Assembly (NCBI RefSeq): GCF_009914755.1
Contig: NC_060938.1
Origin: the human T2T-CHM13v2.0 reference genome, Homo sapiens
Length of the DNA stretch: 64,000 nt
Direction: 5' to 3' (one strand)
Positions 23,294 to 37,971 of the stretch are shown here, in pieces. The notes beneath the pieces were generated by a model. The model made no database searches, was not told the DNA's origin, and worked only from the letters and a program-made list of their open reading frames with translations. Numbering within the stretch: position 1 is the first letter of the stretch; each line of letters starts with the position of its first letter. The position numbers were made by a program, and so were the translations under genes.

Positions 23294-26200
23294 CTTTAAT
23301 TTGAAATGTATGTTGTACTGTTAAGGGGCACACCTTTGGAAACTCAAGATATTTAAGCTCTTTAATGACTTGTTTACATCTGAACCTATGTGATCTATCC
23401 TGAGAACAATTCTGAAGCAAGAGCTGTGAGTAACAACACTGAGGAAGAGAGAAGAGAGTGAAAAGAGGGAAGACAAGTGCCCATGGGCTTGTACCCCATT
23501 TCTATGTTGGCAGGGAAGGAGAAAATGAAAACTCCTCTATGAGGACTATGCTCTTGGCTCCCCACAAGAGTAGAAATCACTGTATTGATTTAGAGTCTGC
23601 ATATTTTGTTACAATTTATAGTAAAACAGATGTTTATTTTTTGGGAAAGTAAATGCAGAATAAACCAATTTCAATGTATGTGTTTAATGATGCACTGAGG
23701 ATGTGAGAACCTGTTTACGTAAATTACACTCTAAAGGTTATTTTTTCTTTGTTTCCTTTTTATAATATCACAATGAAAAATAGTTTCTAGTGCCTTCCAG
23801 TGTATTGTTTTCTAAATTTGTATTGCATTATATATTGAAGTCCAAAGCCTATGTTTTCCTTTAGTGAGTGTGGCAACCCAGGGTTTTGGCCTCCTGTGGA
23901 CTAGATCTAGGATATATGAGTCAGCCCCTCAATTCTGAAATGAGAGAATAAAGATCTTGCCAGAGAATCCAGGACAGCTTTTCCAGTAACAAACAAATGC
24001 ATGAACAATCAAACAAACATTAAGCATCTGTGCCCACGTCTGCGCCATTACAAGAACATCTTCATCATATTTGAACTTTTTAAAATATGATAAGACTGGA
24101 ATTACTTGTACATGATGTGTAAAAGGTTTGTTTTGGCATGATTTATCATGCTGTATTTTTAAAAATTATAATGCAGGCACAGTTTATTCAACTTTAACTA
24201 ATTATTTATAAATCCAAGAACTTGAATAGATCACAAAATGATTAATGCAGGTGCTGGCCTCATAGTCCAGTATAACTTTCCTTAAATTATAAAGACTGGT
24301 TTTTAATTATTTATTCTATGATGGTACTGCCCTTTGAATAATATATTAAATAATATCAAACTATGGAAGTGAATTATAAATTAATACCATTGAAATGACC
24401 TGAGACAATATGATAAAGAATAGATAAATGGATGGATAAATAGATAAATAGATAGATGGATTTTAAGCAGGGGAGAGACAAAAATCTTCTTTTATATTTT
24501 ATTAACATTATCGTATGTGTAGCAAATTAATTTAAACAGAGGAGAGAAGACCAATAACAATGATAATAAAATACTTGGTAAAGAGTGAAGGAGTGAAGCA
24601 CTGTCCCTTAAAATCGTAGCACAGAGTTTCAAGGAAGAAGCCCTTGTAGTGGCCTTATTGATAGATGACCTCCCTCTGTGGTCTGCACATTTAGGGCCCA
24701 GTGCTTGTATTTTATAACAATTACTAGATTCCATGATCTCACACAGTTAATTAGTGACATACATAGGATTTGAATATAAGTTTCTCTGAGCCTAAAATCA
24801 CAGTACTCTGAGTGTGTATTGGTGTACATTTTTGTATCCTACGTAAACCATCTAGTGTTTAAATTAAACCCTAACCACTGACAAAGCTATCAATATTTTT
24901 AACAAATAAATTATTATATTGAACCCATGGCAAAAAAGAATTATGTAACTACATAGTATAAAATTTGACTGAAAATTAATATCACTCTATAACATAAACA
25001 ATGAAACTTATAATATTAAACATGAATATTAACCTGAGCTGGGCAGTTATTTGTATTAATAGTATAATTAATGTTAAATAAAAGTATGTCTGAATGCCTA
25101 ATATAAAATGAATAATATATGTAAAGAGATTTTCTCTGGTAGCAAAATTAAAAGTGAAAGCCTGCTACTAGGTGTAAATTTGTTAGTATTAAAAGTATTT
25201 AGGATAAAGAGTATCCGGTTCTGAAAGAGTAGCTGACAAACATCTATTCTACCGCTGATTTCTTTGCACTATAAAATTATGTGAGTAATGCCCTTTACTG
25301 AGCAGATTTATATTATGGTAATATCATTATTTTTATCCTGAATGTAATTATTCAAAGCTAGTCTTTCAGTCACAACTAATTTTGTACTATGGTGACTCAT
25401 ATGTCTCACCATTAAATAAGGAAGCATATACTGTTAGACTTTTTTAAGATAACTAAAGCTAAAGATTTGCATAGTTAACCTTGTTATATTTCTGTTGACT
25501 TAGGTATGCTAAGCTAAATATTATAAAAAGTACAATAAATGAACTATTTTGTCATTATTTGAGAAGAAAAAATGTGATGGTGGAAAGTGTCAGGAGTCGC
25601 TGTGTTGCTTACTCTCGGGCTGAGTGTCACCACTGTGAAGCTGCATCTCCGCTGCTAAATTGCCAACATCGTGACTCAGCGTCACACAGACTGGCCTCAA
25701 AGCCAGGTCATACATTTTGTAACTCTGATATAAGCAAGCCCTATGAACTGGACTTTCTTTCCTTAAAAAATAAGGGTGTCCCAGAGGTCCCCAAACAATA
25801 ACACCAATTTTCACTCTCATGGAAACTGCCTCAAATGGCAGGGAATTACCATGAAATCTATGAGGATGAAAGGGTCTCAATCTCTCACAGACTCCCTAAA
25901 GAAGACAGAACAAATTTTACTGGCTTCTATATGTCAAAAGGCAAGAGGAAGAATGGGAGCAGATTATCAAGGAGCCTCTACTAATTAATGACTCCCTGTC
26001 ATGTAGCAAGATCTCAAATCTATAGGCAGAGGACATGCTGGAGTCCCTGAGTTAGGCTCCAAGGTACTGAGGGCTATACATACCTGGTTGTTATGGAGTA
26101 TCAGTGGGCAAACCAGGACCTGAATTGAAGCATCTTAAACCACAGAAAACAGCCAGCATTTCTTACCTCTTTTGAATAACTTTATTTAATCAGATAGATT

Positions 26201-29200
26201 TTGGGAAAATCCCAGCTCTGCCACTTACGTAGTATTCGTCCTATAATAAGTGACTCAAATACTCACATATAACAAAGAGGTAATAATAATGCTTGCCTGC
26301 CTCATTGGATCCACTAGGTTCTGGCTGGCATAGAACTTATACAAAATAAATGATCAATATATGCTAGTATTCATTTTTAACACAGAGATAATATTTCACC
26401 AGAAAATCAAACTATTGTCATGCCTCATTTTTGTTTAAATTTTAGAAGGGTTTTGTGATTCATGAAAGGTAATAAAATTATAATAAAGGTTTTGCAATAT
26501 ACCTTGTAATGAATGAAAGTCACTTTGATAATATTGGAGATATACAATAACTTTCCTAATGGAAAATTTTTTAAAGAATGGGAATATGGCAGTTGCTAAA
26601 TTGATTTCTGCTGTTCTAGTGAATAACTACATTAGTAAAATTAGGATAATTCTGACTATTTGCTTAAGTCCATTTTGAATAACTGCTTCATTATATCAAT
26701 CCTAGTATTTAGAATATGGATAAGAGTTTACATGTAGAAATTATTAAATAGAAAAATAGCAATCTGACATCTACAGGTGGCTCTGTGATTATAGATTAGG
26801 ATTTTCCTTACTTTCGAAGACTCATTAATGAGATCTATTGTGCAATGGCTCAAGTCCATTTCATTCCGTTTTGGAATCATTGCCTATGGACTGTTTAATA
26901 ATCCAGCAAAATTGTGTTTGCTCAGCCAAGAAATAGGAAACCTACTTGAAGAAGAGTGGTAAAGACTTTTAAGGGATGAGGCAGTTTCATCCTGCTCTCC
27001 AACACACTGATAATGAAATTCAAAGACTTACTCCAAAATCACACAGAGTTAGTGGGGCGAGGCTGCGGCTAACTCTCAGATTCAGATTTCTTGACCATTA
27101 GCTCAGTGAATGTCTGGCACAGACATCCTTTTGTTTGTGCTTTTTGTTTAGCGTGTCCAAGGACTTCAATGTGTCAACCCTTACCTGGATGTGCAATCTT
27201 CCATGATCATCATGGAATTTAAATGCTGAGCATATGGCCCTTAAATCTCCAATCCTCACAGAGTAGAGGGAGAGTTACTGTACCAGTGTTGGTAGAGAAT
27301 ATCTCTAACTCACACTCTCTTTTTGCTTACACCCTCCTACTTATCCACATGTCATTCTGGAACTCCCTTTCTGCTGGCATAGCTCATTCTACTTCCCTTC
27401 TGCTGTAGACTCTGTCTTCAGTTTGACCTTCTCTCCCAATTTCAGCTTTTTCTCTCCATCTACTGCCCCTTCTTCAGCAGGTTTGGGTCACTGTTTCTCC
27501 ACCTTGCCTTATTAAGTATTGGTGGTCAAGGCAATTATATAATTTGGAACAACATTGACATGGACAGTAGAGGTAGATAAAGACATGGAAGGGAAAGATA
27601 AAGGAAGACAAAACATTTCTGACATGTGGTCTTTGGAAAATATCCAGCAAGTAGTACTAGACGGTCAATTGTACTGTGTAAAATAAAGGATCTAATTTCT
27701 TCCCCTCTTTGAAATTCCCCCAGCCCAGTATCCCCTCCCAACTACCCTCCCCCATCACCTCAGTGCTTCTTCCCTTCTCCCTCAGATCCTACCATGGTTC
27801 TTCACTCCCTGCAGCCGCACCTGTTCCAAGTCAGTGAAACACCTGCAAGGCCACAGTGTGGAGCAGGACCTTGTCTCACATTGTGAAGTACACATGCTCC
27901 AGACATCTGAATGTGGAATTAAGGATCCATTTTTGTCTAAGGCATTGCTATGTGAATGCTCAGCACTTAATTATGCAATAGGTGAAGTCCCTACTGAGGG
28001 CACCAGCACAGCTGTGGCAGGAGAAATGAGATAAATCCATCCTCCCCTTTGGATACACTTACTTGAGATGTTTGCAATAAAAAAATTTAAAGGGTTATTT
28101 TGATTTGGGGATGTAAATAAATATCATGTCATTATAAAAAAGCAATATGTTATCTAGAATCGTGTAAGGGCATCATAATCTTTGCATAATCTTTGTAGTA
28201 CTTACATCTTAACACAACCTAGTGATATTTCTTGTATACTAAAGTTTAAATATGTTTCTGTGGGCCCACCTGTGGACCAACCCTATGTAAAACATTATCT
28301 ACTCGGGAAAAGTTCATTCTGAGCTTCAATCAGTCAATTTACGAATTTGCCAAAATGTTAACAAGTTAAAGACTACGTATAACCTATAAGATATTTTATC
28401 TTTTCAAGTGCCTTGAAATTACTCAAAAAAGCAATTTATAACCTAGTTTTAAAAATCCTAAGTGAAAAAGTTAGTCATAATGTGGAGCATCTATTTAAGA
28501 CCAATAGGTTAAAATAAAAACACACCTATCTTTTACTTAAATGAAATTTATTGTTGCTGTACAAGTATAGTATATATCTTTAGAGTTGTATTATCTTCAT
28601 TCAAAAGCCACCATTCCCTTATCTAAATAGTGCTCTAAAAGTTCAATTTAAAAAAAGACATTGAATTTTAATGGCTTTTGTTTTGAAAGCTGTTCCCTGA
28701 CATAATTGGGAATGTCTTATGCTACTATAAATTCATGATTAGGAATGAGTAGCTTATGTAAATGAGGTAAAATGAGATTTTTGATTTGATATTTTCGCCC
28801 ATCAAATTCTTCCATTGGCTTAAGTGACATGGAATCATCTTTCAGCCACTGGTGTCCTTAAATAGTAAGACATAATCCCTGGGGCAAAACTCTCTTGGCC
28901 CAGAAAACTACAGAGGGGATGCAGAGATAAGCCAGGATGGATGTGAGGATGGCAGAAAACTATCTACCTGCTCCTCTTACTTGTGAAATAATGGCCAACA
29001 CTATTTTAGGTGCCAAAACCTATCTCATGAATTCCTAGCAGTGAATCAGTAAGGCAGAAAAATGGCATAATATGATACAGTCGTATTTATTATGTGATAG
29101 TTGATGTAATTAATTAATTGAACTATTTTTTTAAGGTTTAGGCTCCAAGTTCAGCTTTTGTAATTTTCTTTTCATAGGAAAGATGTACAGACTTAATTAA

Positions 29201-29809
29201 ACTAATAATTGTTTTTCAATAACTGAGACTTAAACTGTTCTTTGGGCATAAAATTGTAAATGATTTGATGACAGATGAGAAGAGACAGTGTTTGCATCCC
29301 TGATTGCAGTGCATGTGGTGGCCCACATCTAATGTATTTATATATTAGTGATTATTAAACTGTGGACACATTTCTCCTGTAGCTGCATGTCCTTTCAAAG
29401 TTAGAGCCTGAAGCTCTCTAGTGGACTGTACCTTATATAATTCTGTGGCCAGTTTAAATCTAATAAGAAAATTGGCTTCATTACAATACATTAATCTTTT
29501 AAAGGTATGATTCTTAAAGTGATAACAAATGGTTTTCTCAAAATCTGTCAAAATATAAAAAGATTTAAAATTTATAGGGATGTTTGAGGATGTGTGTGTG
29601 TATCTGTTTGTTTGTGTGTATGTACCACCAACAAACCTCACTGTAGTAATACATGACCCACTAATTTGGATGTCAGATTTTTAGGTCTAGAGCAAAGATG
29701 GGAATTAGAAAGTGGGTAAAAATGCCGCCTGAGATAAATGCCTTAAAGCCATGTGCTTTTCTTCATCAGAGGGAGACACACAATTTACCTCACTCAGTTA
29801 CCCAGCCAC

Positions 29810-30170
29810 CCAATGTCTACTGAGCACCCATTATATGCTGGGCATTGCATATAATGGAGGTGGGCTCATGAAGGTGGGCTACTCTGTCCATAAGAAGCTC
29901 TGAGTTAAATGAGGAAACAAATGGGAACAAATAGTTATGATAAAATATTAAATTTGAATAATAGAAGTATGTTTTCAATTGTAAGAACACACAGGAATAG
30001 TTAATTATGCCCGAGGAAAGCATTCCAGAGCAGATATTTTAATGGGAGCTAAACAGATGAGTAAGCATTTGGAAGACAGGAAAGAGACAGTCGACATTTC
30101 AAACTACAGGAAGAATCTAGCACTAAGTGTTATTCTCAGAGATGCGCAAAGGAGTCTATATGGCTATGTG
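29810..30170 (-). mobile_element. L2 fragment
   Basis: TACTGAGCACCCATTATATGCTGGGCATTG, the typical reverse L2 3' end. Confidence 0.55.
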
Positions 30171-31604
30171 GGTGAATGCACGGGGCAGAGATTTTTTCTA
30201 AGCTCTGATAAATAAAGAGTAGCATTCTGTCCCAAAAGTCACTCATAATTTATTCCCCAAATTTTCATTGAGAGTCACACTGATGGAATTCTTAGGTCAA
30301 AGCACTGTTTTGTGTACCAAAAGTAAATTTGCTTCCTGTTCCCAAGGATTCTGTTGAGATGAGGGTGGATAATATGTAGTGTATTAGCTGACCAGCCTGG
30401 GCGGGGACATGGATAGAATGGAGGGAGAAGAATACAAATTAACAGCGAAAGCACTGCTGTCTGGAGCAACGTAAGATAGGAAAATACAGCTGAATTCACC
30501 TCACAAACCGTAAGGACCTCATTGCATCTCTGGGAACCACAATAATTCACACACATCACGTTCCTCTGAGTCACCAAGAAAAAATTACATCATACAATTT
30601 TATAATCAGAATAGAACTTAGAGGTCATCACTTCCCCTCCATCCCAAATCACTGCTGAAGACTAGGATCTAGTTTCTCCTTTTCCTGCTGAAAGTGAAAC
30701 GAATTTCAGTATTTGTAAAGCTGTTAGTTTACTCTCACTTTAGACAGCTCTGAGGGTGGTAAAAATCTCCATATGTTACACTGAAATCTGCCTCCCTGTT
30801 AATTTCCTCCCCTGGGGAGTTCCTGAGAGGATGAATAAACTACTATCTTCTGCTCTTCAAACCTTGGAGTTATATTTGATGTTGGATAAGAGAACACAAA
30901 AATGTGTCTGTAGGAGCTTTCAGCTCTTTAAGATCTCCAACACACAAGAAATAGTATCTCCAGGCACTGTATCATTTGTTTCATTCCTGACTGTATATAT
31001 GCCAAGTTGTGGCCATGCCAGGTCCCACAATGATGTGTTTTCCTGCATATTTGTGAAAACAGTTCACAGGCTGACATTTTTCCTCCTTGGGGATGCAAAG
31101 CCAGTGTGCCAAAATGACCTACAGCATTCTCAGGCCCATCCTCAGGTTTTTCTTGTATAATTCATGAACATATATAAAAAAGTTACAAAGCTCTTTCTAA
31201 GATAGAAGAAGAGCTCACCCAGAGCCAAAATTTATGTATCTGATGGGTGTCAGTATAAAACCACACTTAAGTTCTACCCTCAGTAAAAGAACTGGGTCAA
31301 CTATGCAGATTGGTTGCTTACTAAGCTCAGATATTTCCTAATTTTTTCTAATTCTAATCAACTTGAAGATTCTCTTCCTTATTTTTACTTATCTATATCC
31401 ATGGAGCTTCTGACTTAAGTTTTGTAGTAGTTGTGCTCTACTCTTTGAAAACCCACCACCATTCCTTTCAGTATCCTATTCTGTCTTGCATGTATCTCAG
31501 GGCCCTTTCACTGCCTCCTGACTTTTCAGGAATGTGCCTTCACCCGTCCTGTAAACTACTTCCATGGGCTAGGTTGGTTCCTCAGTTGGCTACTCAGTCA
31601 GTTA

Positions 31605-32500
31605 ACTAATACTTAGGTCTACATCATAGACCTGCACTGCACTAGGATACAAGAGTAAACAAGGAAATGTAAATCCCTGCCTTCACGAGGCTTAATAGTC
31701 TGGTGATAGAGGCAGAAAAAAAAGCAAACAATTTTAAGGGAGCATGACGGATAGTGAAAAAATATATAGAGTGCTATAAGGACCTGGAGAAGGAGAAGTT
31801 ACCTGGAAGGCTTTCTAGAGGAAAAAACTGAGACCTAAGGATTGGCAGAAGTTAACTACATGAGGGGGTCTCATGAAGGAATAATACACACGATATGGTT
31901 TTTATTAGAGATGAGAGAGCAGGATATGTTTAGAGAGCTGAAAGAAGTTCCTCATGGTTGGAACATGAACCAGGAGTGGTCAAACAGTAAGAGATGGAGC
32001 TGCACAGGTAACAGGAGTAAACTTGCAAAGAGGTTTGTGAGTCATGTGAGCCATGTTAATGGCAATGAGATTCATTAAAGAGTTTTAAGCAAGCGGTGAC
32101 ATGACTAGATATGGTAACATAACACAGGCTGCATGGAGATGAAAGTATTTCAAGAGCAGATTGGATGCTGAAAGACCAATAGGGAGGCTATGGCAGTGAT
32201 CCAGGGAGAAATGGTGACCTGGATCAGGTTCGTGGTAGCAGGGATAGAGACGTGGTTGAATTGGAGAGGCATTTAACAGATATACTCAACAAGACTTCAT
32301 ACTTGATTTAATGTTAAGAGTGATGCCAAAAAAAAAAAAAAAAAAAAAGAACTGAGAGAGCTGCCAGGTTTCTGACTTTGGTGACTGGGTAGATGGCAAA
32401 ATTGAGACTGGGAAGATAGGAGGAAGCACACTTGGGGGAATGTTAGAAGTTCGGTTTTGCAAAGGTTAAATGTGAAGTGACTTTGGGATGTCCACGAAAA
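31605..32500 (-). mobile_element. L2 fragment
   Basis: CCCTGCCTTCA.G.GGCTTA.AGTCT, GGGAGGCTATGGCAGTGATCCAGG, CCAGGTTTCTGACTT. Confidence 0.7.
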
Positions 32501-34289
32501 ATATAGACAAGTTCTCTGAACTGCATATTATTTTATTCAGCATGCTGAATTTCACACAGTCATCATCTTGTGCTCCTTTATTCCTTTAACTTCTTGTTTT
32601 AACTCATTCCTCTTAGGTAGCTCCCTATTGGGTAGGCTATAGGAGAAAGGGAGAAGTTATTTATATCACATTTTAGTTATAATAATGTAATGTGCGTTAT
32701 TTGGCAATAAAAGCTGGATAGCAGCTGGCAGTATAAATTCATTTTCAAATAGTCTTGGCAAACAATTGAATCCAACCTCCACAACAAAACTTGAGCAGAC
32801 CTCAAATGGTTGCTTTGGGGCTCACTGAAAATTTTGATGTTCTAAATTACTCTTCTTAGGATTCACATTCTGTGAAACTTTCATTTTATTATTTTGCAGT
32901 GAAACAATATGGAGAAGGTATTTTTGATTGTGAAAAATGAGACTTTTGATGAAATGATTGTATTACTAAAGAAGCTCCATCAATCACTGTTCAGATGCTT
33001 AAATATTACAAACGGAAGCATTGCCACTTACATTGAATAGTTTCACCATCTGTCTCAACAAAGAACACATTTGGAAATTTTTTAGATGCTGTGTAATCTT
33101 CTATTATGTTGGGTTTCCACAAAGGATTATTACTTGCCTCTCAACTGAACTACATTTGATAATTTTAAAGATCCGGGAAAATGATCTAGCAAAAGAAATT
33201 GCATAGCTGATTTTCTCAAATCAAAGGAGTAGTTTTCAATATATAGTAATGTTCTTATCATTTCGGTAAGCAATGCAGAGATGCACTCATTTCAGAAAAG
33301 CAACAGTTCATTCAGACATCAAACACTGATCATTTTGTAGAGAATTACGTTGGTACTTTGCTTGAAGAGTCGTTGGGGGCAGAATGCAGACACTTGGATA
33401 ACATGGCATTCAAAATCTAATAGAATGAGCATCAGTGCCCTAAACTTGATAGTTCTTATTTATATTACAATAAATAGCAATAGATCCCCGTAAGAGGCTT
33501 TATAATTCTGCAACAATATTTATTGATGGCTGTGAACTCTGAACCTAAAATGGACTTTAGTCAGCTATCCATTATTGACTAAGACAGTCAATAAATTTAA
33601 AAATAATTTTATTTTTAAAGCATCAGTTGTCAAGTTGCTAAAACCAATATGCTTTTCTTTAAGATTAAAATCTTAAGGAAGTTTCTGAGAGCTTTACTGT
33701 GAACATTACAATGTGTTTTCCACACGAAGAAGCTTCAGTTTGTTCAAGCAAGGACATAACACAAAAGGCTTTTGGAAACAAGAGATTTCCCTGATCACTG
33801 AGGACGTGAGAGGCATTTATGCCAGTCGAACTAGTGGGCTACAGGAAAGTAGTCAATATGTTTCCCAAGGGATTCTTTGAAAAACTGGAAACTTGTTATA
33901 AAAGTGAACCAATGTCATTATAGTCATCCAGTTCTGTCATTCCACCAATTTGAATGCTAGAAATTGATTTTTGTAAAAAAAAAAAAAAAAAAAGCATAAT
34001 ATTGTATTCAAATACACTGTGCTCAAACTAGTTATGTTTATCTCATGAGCTGCACCAATAATTTTGGAGTCAAGAATTCTTTGCAGAAGTGAAAGAAAAG
34101 TTCAAATAAATAGAAATTTACAAGTTTTCTCACTTTGAAGGAAAGAAAGACCTTTACAGGAAAAAAGAAAAATGGAGCTGCTTGTCTAACAACCATAATT
34201 TAGATGGTTTCTAAAATGCAACCTCTTGCCAAAACAACCAGAAGGCAAATTTACTTCAAAGGAAGAAAGGCTGAAATGATAAGCCTGTT

Positions 34290-34510
34290 ACATGCTGGGC
34301 GGTGTGCTAAGTAAACAGTTTCATAAAATTATTACATTTAATCCTCAAAACAATCCTATTGGGCAGAAATGATTATTGCCATTTTACAAATGAAGGAATA
34401 GAAATTGAGAGAGTGTATGTACCTCTCAAGGTGGCAAAGTTCTAAATATAAGAAGCAGGACTCAAAATCAAGTCTAGATGTTTCCAAAGTCCAAAGTCCT
34501 AGTACACCAT
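34290..34510 (-). mobile_element. MIR
   Basis: CATTTAATCCTCAAAACAATCCTAT...CCATTTTACAAATGAAG. Confidence 0.7.
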
Positions 34511-34758
34511 AAACTGAATGTTGGTATATATTGGCCAGAGAGTAAAAATGACTTCATATGATTTTATTTAAAAAGTTAATATGGCAGAACTCTATACAAT
34601 CACCCATTTGGGGGTGGCAGGAGGCTAAAAGCAGTTTATCATTTGGAGCTAAACTTGTTTAGTTTTGTTTGATCTCCAACCCCTACTTCTTTTTTGTCCC
34701 TAACGCAGGTGGTTTGACTTCTCCATGCCAGCTCAGGCCCACATTCATCCCTAAGACA

Positions 34759-35632
34759 TGTAAACCAAAAATAAAATTCGAAGCCCCCAACTGACTGATG
34801 GACCCCCATCTCAACCAAGGGCATTCCAAAGTAAACCTGAAAATCTAGTTCAGGCCATGATGGGAAGGCAGGGGTTGGACATGCCTCATTATACTCTCTT
34901 CTCTTTGGAATTCAGGCACAACTGACCAACATTAACATTAACACAGAAATCTTAAGACTAACCAAACAGACTTTTTGTAGCAATAATCCACCAAATTTCA
35001 GCCTGACTCCAGTATAGCATCACATGACAGATAGCAGGCCCTGAATGAAATCAAAGTATTTTACCCAAAATATATTTATTTGACATATTTTGAAATGGCT
35101 CTGCAAAATGGTCTCTTGTGGGGAAAATGCACATTCTGTGGAGAGTCCCTTTTCCTTTCCAGGACTTTTCCGTGATCCAGGAAAGAATTAACTAAGAGTC
35201 TGGCACCTTTTTAGGTCTGATAAGCCTCTGAAGCCTGCTGCCTGGAGGCTTCATCTTCAGATAAACCCTTGGTCTCCACAATCCCTTAGCTTAACCCAGA
35301 CATTTCTTTCTATGGATACCAGGTCTTCAGATAATACCTCTTTCAGCCAATTGCTAACCAGAAAATGTCTGAGTCCACCTATGACCTGGAAGTCCCTTGC
35401 TTCCAGTTGTCTCACCTTTCCAGACTGAACCAACGTACATCTTCCATGTATTGATTGATGTCTTATGTCTCCCTAAAATGTATAAAACCAAGTTGCAACC
35501 TGATCACCTTAGGCACATGTTCTCAGGATCTCCTGCGGCTGTGTTACAAGCCATTCATTCATTGGTCACTCATATTTGGCTCAGAATAAATCTCTTCAAA
35601 TATTTTACAGAGTTTGACTCTTTTCATCCACA
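34759..35632 (+). mobile_element. MER4-family (MER4D-like) ERV1 solo LTR
   Basis: TGTAAACCAAAAATAAAATTC.AAGCCCCC start, GCTCAGAATAAATCTCTTCAAATATTTTACAGAGTTTGACTCTTTTC...CA end. Confidence 0.88.
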
Positions 35633-35686
35633 AAGAATTCCTGGCTTTAGTTGGACAGGTTTTAGGAATGCAGCCATAAACCTGGG

Positions 35687-36040
35687 TGTGATAGACAGAA
35701 AACTGTACCCCCGCTCACATGGTGTCTAAGTCTTAATCTCCAAAACCCATGAATATGTTACCTTACATGGCAAAAGGAACTTTGACATTGTGATTAAGGA
35801 TCATGAGTTTGGAAGGTTATTCTGGATTATCCAAGTGGACCCAATGGAATCACATGGGTCCTGATAGAAGCTGGAAAATGCAAGGGAATGGAAATCCTCT
35901 ATTTACTACAGGAAGAATGCAGCCCTGCCAACACCTTAATTTTAGAACTTCTGACCCCCAGAACTGTAAGATAATACATTTGTGTTGTTTTAAGCTACTA
36001 GATCTGTGATTTGTTACAGAAGCAATAGGAAACTAATTCA
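35687..36040 (+). mobile_element. MLT1 (MLT1C/D-like) MaLR LTR with internal deletion
   Basis: GAATATGTTACCTTACATGGCAAAAGG, CAGAACTGTAAGATAA...GGAAACTAAT.CA, TSD CTGGG. Confidence 0.85.
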
Positions 36041-37714
36041 CTGGGTCCTTGCATCAACTCACCTTTGTTAATCTTGGCTCTGATTTTGTGCTCCAGGTCT
36101 GGTAAACAGGTCATTGTTTTGGTTCTAGTCTCTGAATATCTGCTTTGCTACTCAGATCTTAATCTTTCCAGAGGTCTTTTTTTGCTCAAGTGACTTTAAA
36201 AAGAAGTCCAACTGGAAAAAGGTAGGTACTTATAGTTGTTATATACCTCCCAATCAACAAGTCATAAGGGTGAAAAAAATCGTTGTTCTATATATATTTT
36301 GCTGAGGACAGTTTTGCAATCATAAGTAAGATGAGCTTTGTTTCCTAAGATATATTGGATTGTTGTCCTCACTATTATTTATGAGGAAGTATAGTGTACA
36401 TAAAGTATGAAGTAGGAGCTGAAAGCCAAAGGCCCACATGACACCCCTAAACCTTTGGAAATGGGATTCTATTCAGTTTTTTGAACATTTTCTTCTCTAG
36501 GGGACTAAAGTCTGAGTTAAACTATTTCTTCTGAAAATATTTCACATGCCAACTGCCTGATTGAATTTCTTATGTTTTAGTTTTGGTGTTCTATTTAGAG
36601 TTACTGGGTTTTGGAAAAAAATCAGTGCAATGTATTGTGCCAAATTGCTTGAACTTTGCCTAGTTACCATTTTCCTAAATGTAGACAATTTCTATTCCAC
36701 ATGCTCACCACTAACCCCAGCTCCTACTTTCCAACTCTACCCCAACATTCCCTTTTCTCTTATGGAAATAGTGGGAACATTGTTTCCTTCACTACTCTGT
36801 AAATCACAGTCTTGTTCTATATAAGGGCAACAGAGGAAAGGTGAATTATCTGAATTTTGCTAGAACATGATTGATACTTATCTTGTGCAGTTTTGATGAC
36901 AGAATAAATACTTGCTTTAATAAATTAGTTATATATAACCAGAATACATTCTAATTTGCTCTTCTGACTTGGCTGCTTGAACAAAGTGGCAGATGCCCTC
37001 TTCAGGTTTATTTTTGTAATAGAAACAAGATGATTTCAAGTTCCAGCAGAAAATACAATTTATTAACTCGCTTACCTAGAACGTCAGGGTCCTTAAACTT
37101 GGCCGAATCCCAAGGCTAAACTACATTGTGGGCTTCTTTCTCCCTCTCTCCAGCTCTTAGTGCTGCTTCCCCTTGTGTGCTGACCTTATCCTTTACCCTT
37201 TTTGGTTAAAAATGAGAATTTTCTGGGGAAACTGACTGCTGATAGTCTTTAATTTACAAGTCTCCAAACTCCTCAACGCCTGCCCCTCTGTTTTTAATGG
37301 TCCAAGGGAGAGGGAACTTTCAACTTCTTTCTGCTAGCATCCATATATCAACTCCAAAGAACAACTTTGGTCCCACTGTTGTACATGCTCACTTCTGTAC
37401 CAGTTACTAGTTCTAGGAGAGTGGATATTGGGGTTGGATAGAACTTTACCAAATGCTTATCCCTAAAATGGAGTGGTGAGGTACTCTAACCAAGATGTAC
37501 AGTAATGGGGTTTGGGAGAGGAGCAGGGCTTAAGTCTCTAAAATAATATATGGCAGCCAATCTCAGGAAAAGACTTTTCTCTGTTTATTTTTGTAGTCCT
37601 AGAACCAAAACCAGTACTTGACCAATAGTGGCATGTAATACATGTTTAGCAAATTGAATTTATTTGAATTACATTATACTTCGGCATTCATTGTTATATT
37701 AAATCATTTTAGTA

Positions 37715-37915
37715 CATTGTGGCGATCAAGAACATTGCTCTGGAGTGAACTGACTGGGTTTACGTGTTGGCTCCATCTCAATTTCCTCACTTATATAGAA
37801 TGAGACAATAACAGTACCTGCCCTTTAGTGTCCTTTGCCTAGGGAAATCAATGCAAGTAAAACACTTAACAAAATCTGTGCCATGTAGTAAGTTCTCAAA
37901 AGAATGTTACTATTA
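37715..37915 (+). mobile_element. MIR
   Basis: CTCAATTTCCTCAC.TATA.A.AATGAG..AATAACAGTACCT...TAGTAAGTTCTCAA. Confidence 0.65.
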
Positions 37916-37937
37916 TATTTGTATGTTTTCATTGTTA

Positions 37938-37939
37938 TG

Positions 37940-37970
<31 letters not shown>
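37938..37970. repeat. (TG)n/(TATG)n microsatellite
   Basis: Perfect TG run followed by a degenerate purine-pyrimidine tract extending to ~38100. Confidence 0.9.
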
Positions 37971-37971
<1 letters not shown>

